Shown here piece by piece: positions 62,746 through 64,000 of a stretch of DNA of 64,000 nucleotides. The DNA is from Pelagomonas calceolata (Eukaryota), in contig CAKKNE010000005.1 in the NCBI GenBank assembly GCA_918797485.1, positions 558,001 through 622,000 on the forward strand, written 5' to 3'. Position 1 is the stretch's first letter. Each line of letters starts with the position of its first letter. A model generated the notes under the pieces. The model did no database searches and was not told the DNA's origin. It saw only the letters and a list, made by a program, of their open reading frames with translations. Position numbers and translations under genes: made by a program.

Positions 62746-64000
62746 TCACGCCCGCCGCCGCGTCGCCGCCAGCGTGATCAGCACTCCGGCACCGAACGCT
62801 AACAAAGCCGCCACCGGCGGCACGGCCGGCCCGCGCCGGTCGCGCTTCGCGACCGCCGGCACCGCGTCGTCCGCCGGTGCTTCCGCATAAATCAGGGACT
62901 TCGGAGTCGAAAACTGGCGCCAGCCGTCGAAGCCCGAGTGCGTCCCGTAGCCCGACTCCTTGTGCCCCACGAAGGGGCAGCGGATCGACCGCACGCCCGA
63001 CAAAGGATTGGTGTTGACGCCGACCTGGCCCGCGGCCAGCCGCGCCGCGACGGCGCCCGCGCGCTTCAGGTCGCTGCTGTAGACGGAGGCCGTGAGGCCG
63101 TAGCGGGAATCATTTGCCAGCGCCACTGCCGTGTCGTCCGAGCCGTCGAAGGTCGACAAAGCGACGACCGGACCGAAGGTCTCCTCGTCGCGCAGGGCCC
63201 CGTGCGGCACATCCGCTAAAACGGTCGCCGGATAGTAATTGCCTCGTTCCGAGCTGCCCGGCAGTTCGCCACCTAGCACGCAGCGCGCGCCGGCCTGCGT
63301 CGCCTTCGTCACGTGGGAATGCACTATATCTCTCTGCATCCTAGACGCCATCGGCCCTATGGTGGTCTCGGGGTCGACGCCGTCGCCTACCTTCCATTTT
63401 GATGCCTCGGCCTTCACTTTATCTTCAAAATCCGCCGCGACGCTCGCGGCCACATAGACGCGCTCGACCGCACAACAAACCTGGCCGCAGTTCGCCAGAC
63501 TATAAGCCACGGCATCATGCGCCGCGAGCTCCAAATCAGCATCCTCGAGCACGACCATGGGGTCCTTGCCCCCGCACTCCAAGACCACGGGCTTCAAAGT
63601 TTTGGAAGCCGTGTTTAGTATTTTTTGACCGGTGGCCGTGCTACCGGTGAATCCGACCATATCGACCAGCGGATGTCCTGTTAACAATGCACCAACTTCG
63701 CCGTCGCCCTGCAATAGGTTGACGAGTCCTGACGGTAGGGCGTCGCGCAGCGTCTCCACGACGAGACCGCTTGACAAAGGCACGACCTCGGACGGCTTAA
63801 CTACCACAGCATTGCCCGCGATCAGCGCCGGGACACAAAGTAACACTATTTCTTCAACAGGATAGTTCCAGGGCGCGCAGACGGCGACGACGCCGTGGGG
63901 GTGTCTTACTATTAACGAGCCGCCGTCGACCTCCGGCGCGTTCGCCTGCTGGACGAGGTCGCAATAAGCACTCATATCAATGTTGTCGTCGACCTCCTCG
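62746..64000 (-). CDS. Aldehyde dehydrogenase (5' end outside the window) with a C-terminal TM anchor
   Basis: PWNYP, KPSE, FTGS, LECGGKDP, GQVC, EETFGPV. Confidence 0.93.
   Translation of the reverse strand, partial: EEVDDNIDMSAYCDLVQQANAPEVDGGSLIVRHPHGVVAVCAPWNYPVEEIVLLCVPALIAGNAVVVKPSEVVPLSSGLVVETLRDALPSGLVNLLQGDGEVGALLTGHPLVDMVGFTGSTATGQKILNTASKTLKPVVLECGGKDPMVVLEDADLELAAHDAVAYSLANCGQVCCAVERVYVAASVAADFEDKVKAEASKWKVGDGVDPETTIGPMASRMQRDIVHSHVTKATQAGARCVLGGELPGSSERGNYYPATVLADVPHGALRDEETFGPVVALSTFDGSDDTAVALANDSRYGLTASVYSSDLKRAGAVAARLAAGQVGVNTNPLSGVRSIRCPFVGHKESGYGTHSGFDGWRQFSTPKSLIYAEAPADDAVPAVAKRDRRGPAVPPVAALLAFGAGVLITLAATRRRA

Overview
Gene-dense, very GC-rich eukaryotic nuclear DNA. By inference it is a pelagophyte stramenopile (Pelagomonas/Aureococcus-like), based on plastid bipartite-type leaders, IFT52, compact divergent/convergent gene pairs and transposon-derived introns. 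About 42 protein-coding loci are supported, including SMU1, COQ4, CLN3, NAA25, IFT52, OTU1, hemE, transporters and dioxygenases. I recognised no rRNA, tRNA or CRISPR array. Highlights: (1) a putatively myristoylated RelA/SpoT-like nucleotidyltransferase fused to TPR and mosaic, hypervariable ankyrin arrays, resembling an immune receptor; (2) a family of introner elements with CTGTGTGGAAATCAA-type TIRs and 8-bp TSDs that supply the splice donor; (3) a ~22-bp CTAGTGYCTTAC-N-CGCTAG motif found 12 times, 11 of them in divergent promoters; (4) a bacterial-style ATGA stop/start overlap between two genes; (5) several unusual domain architectures. All calls come from reading motifs by eye; no database search was run.
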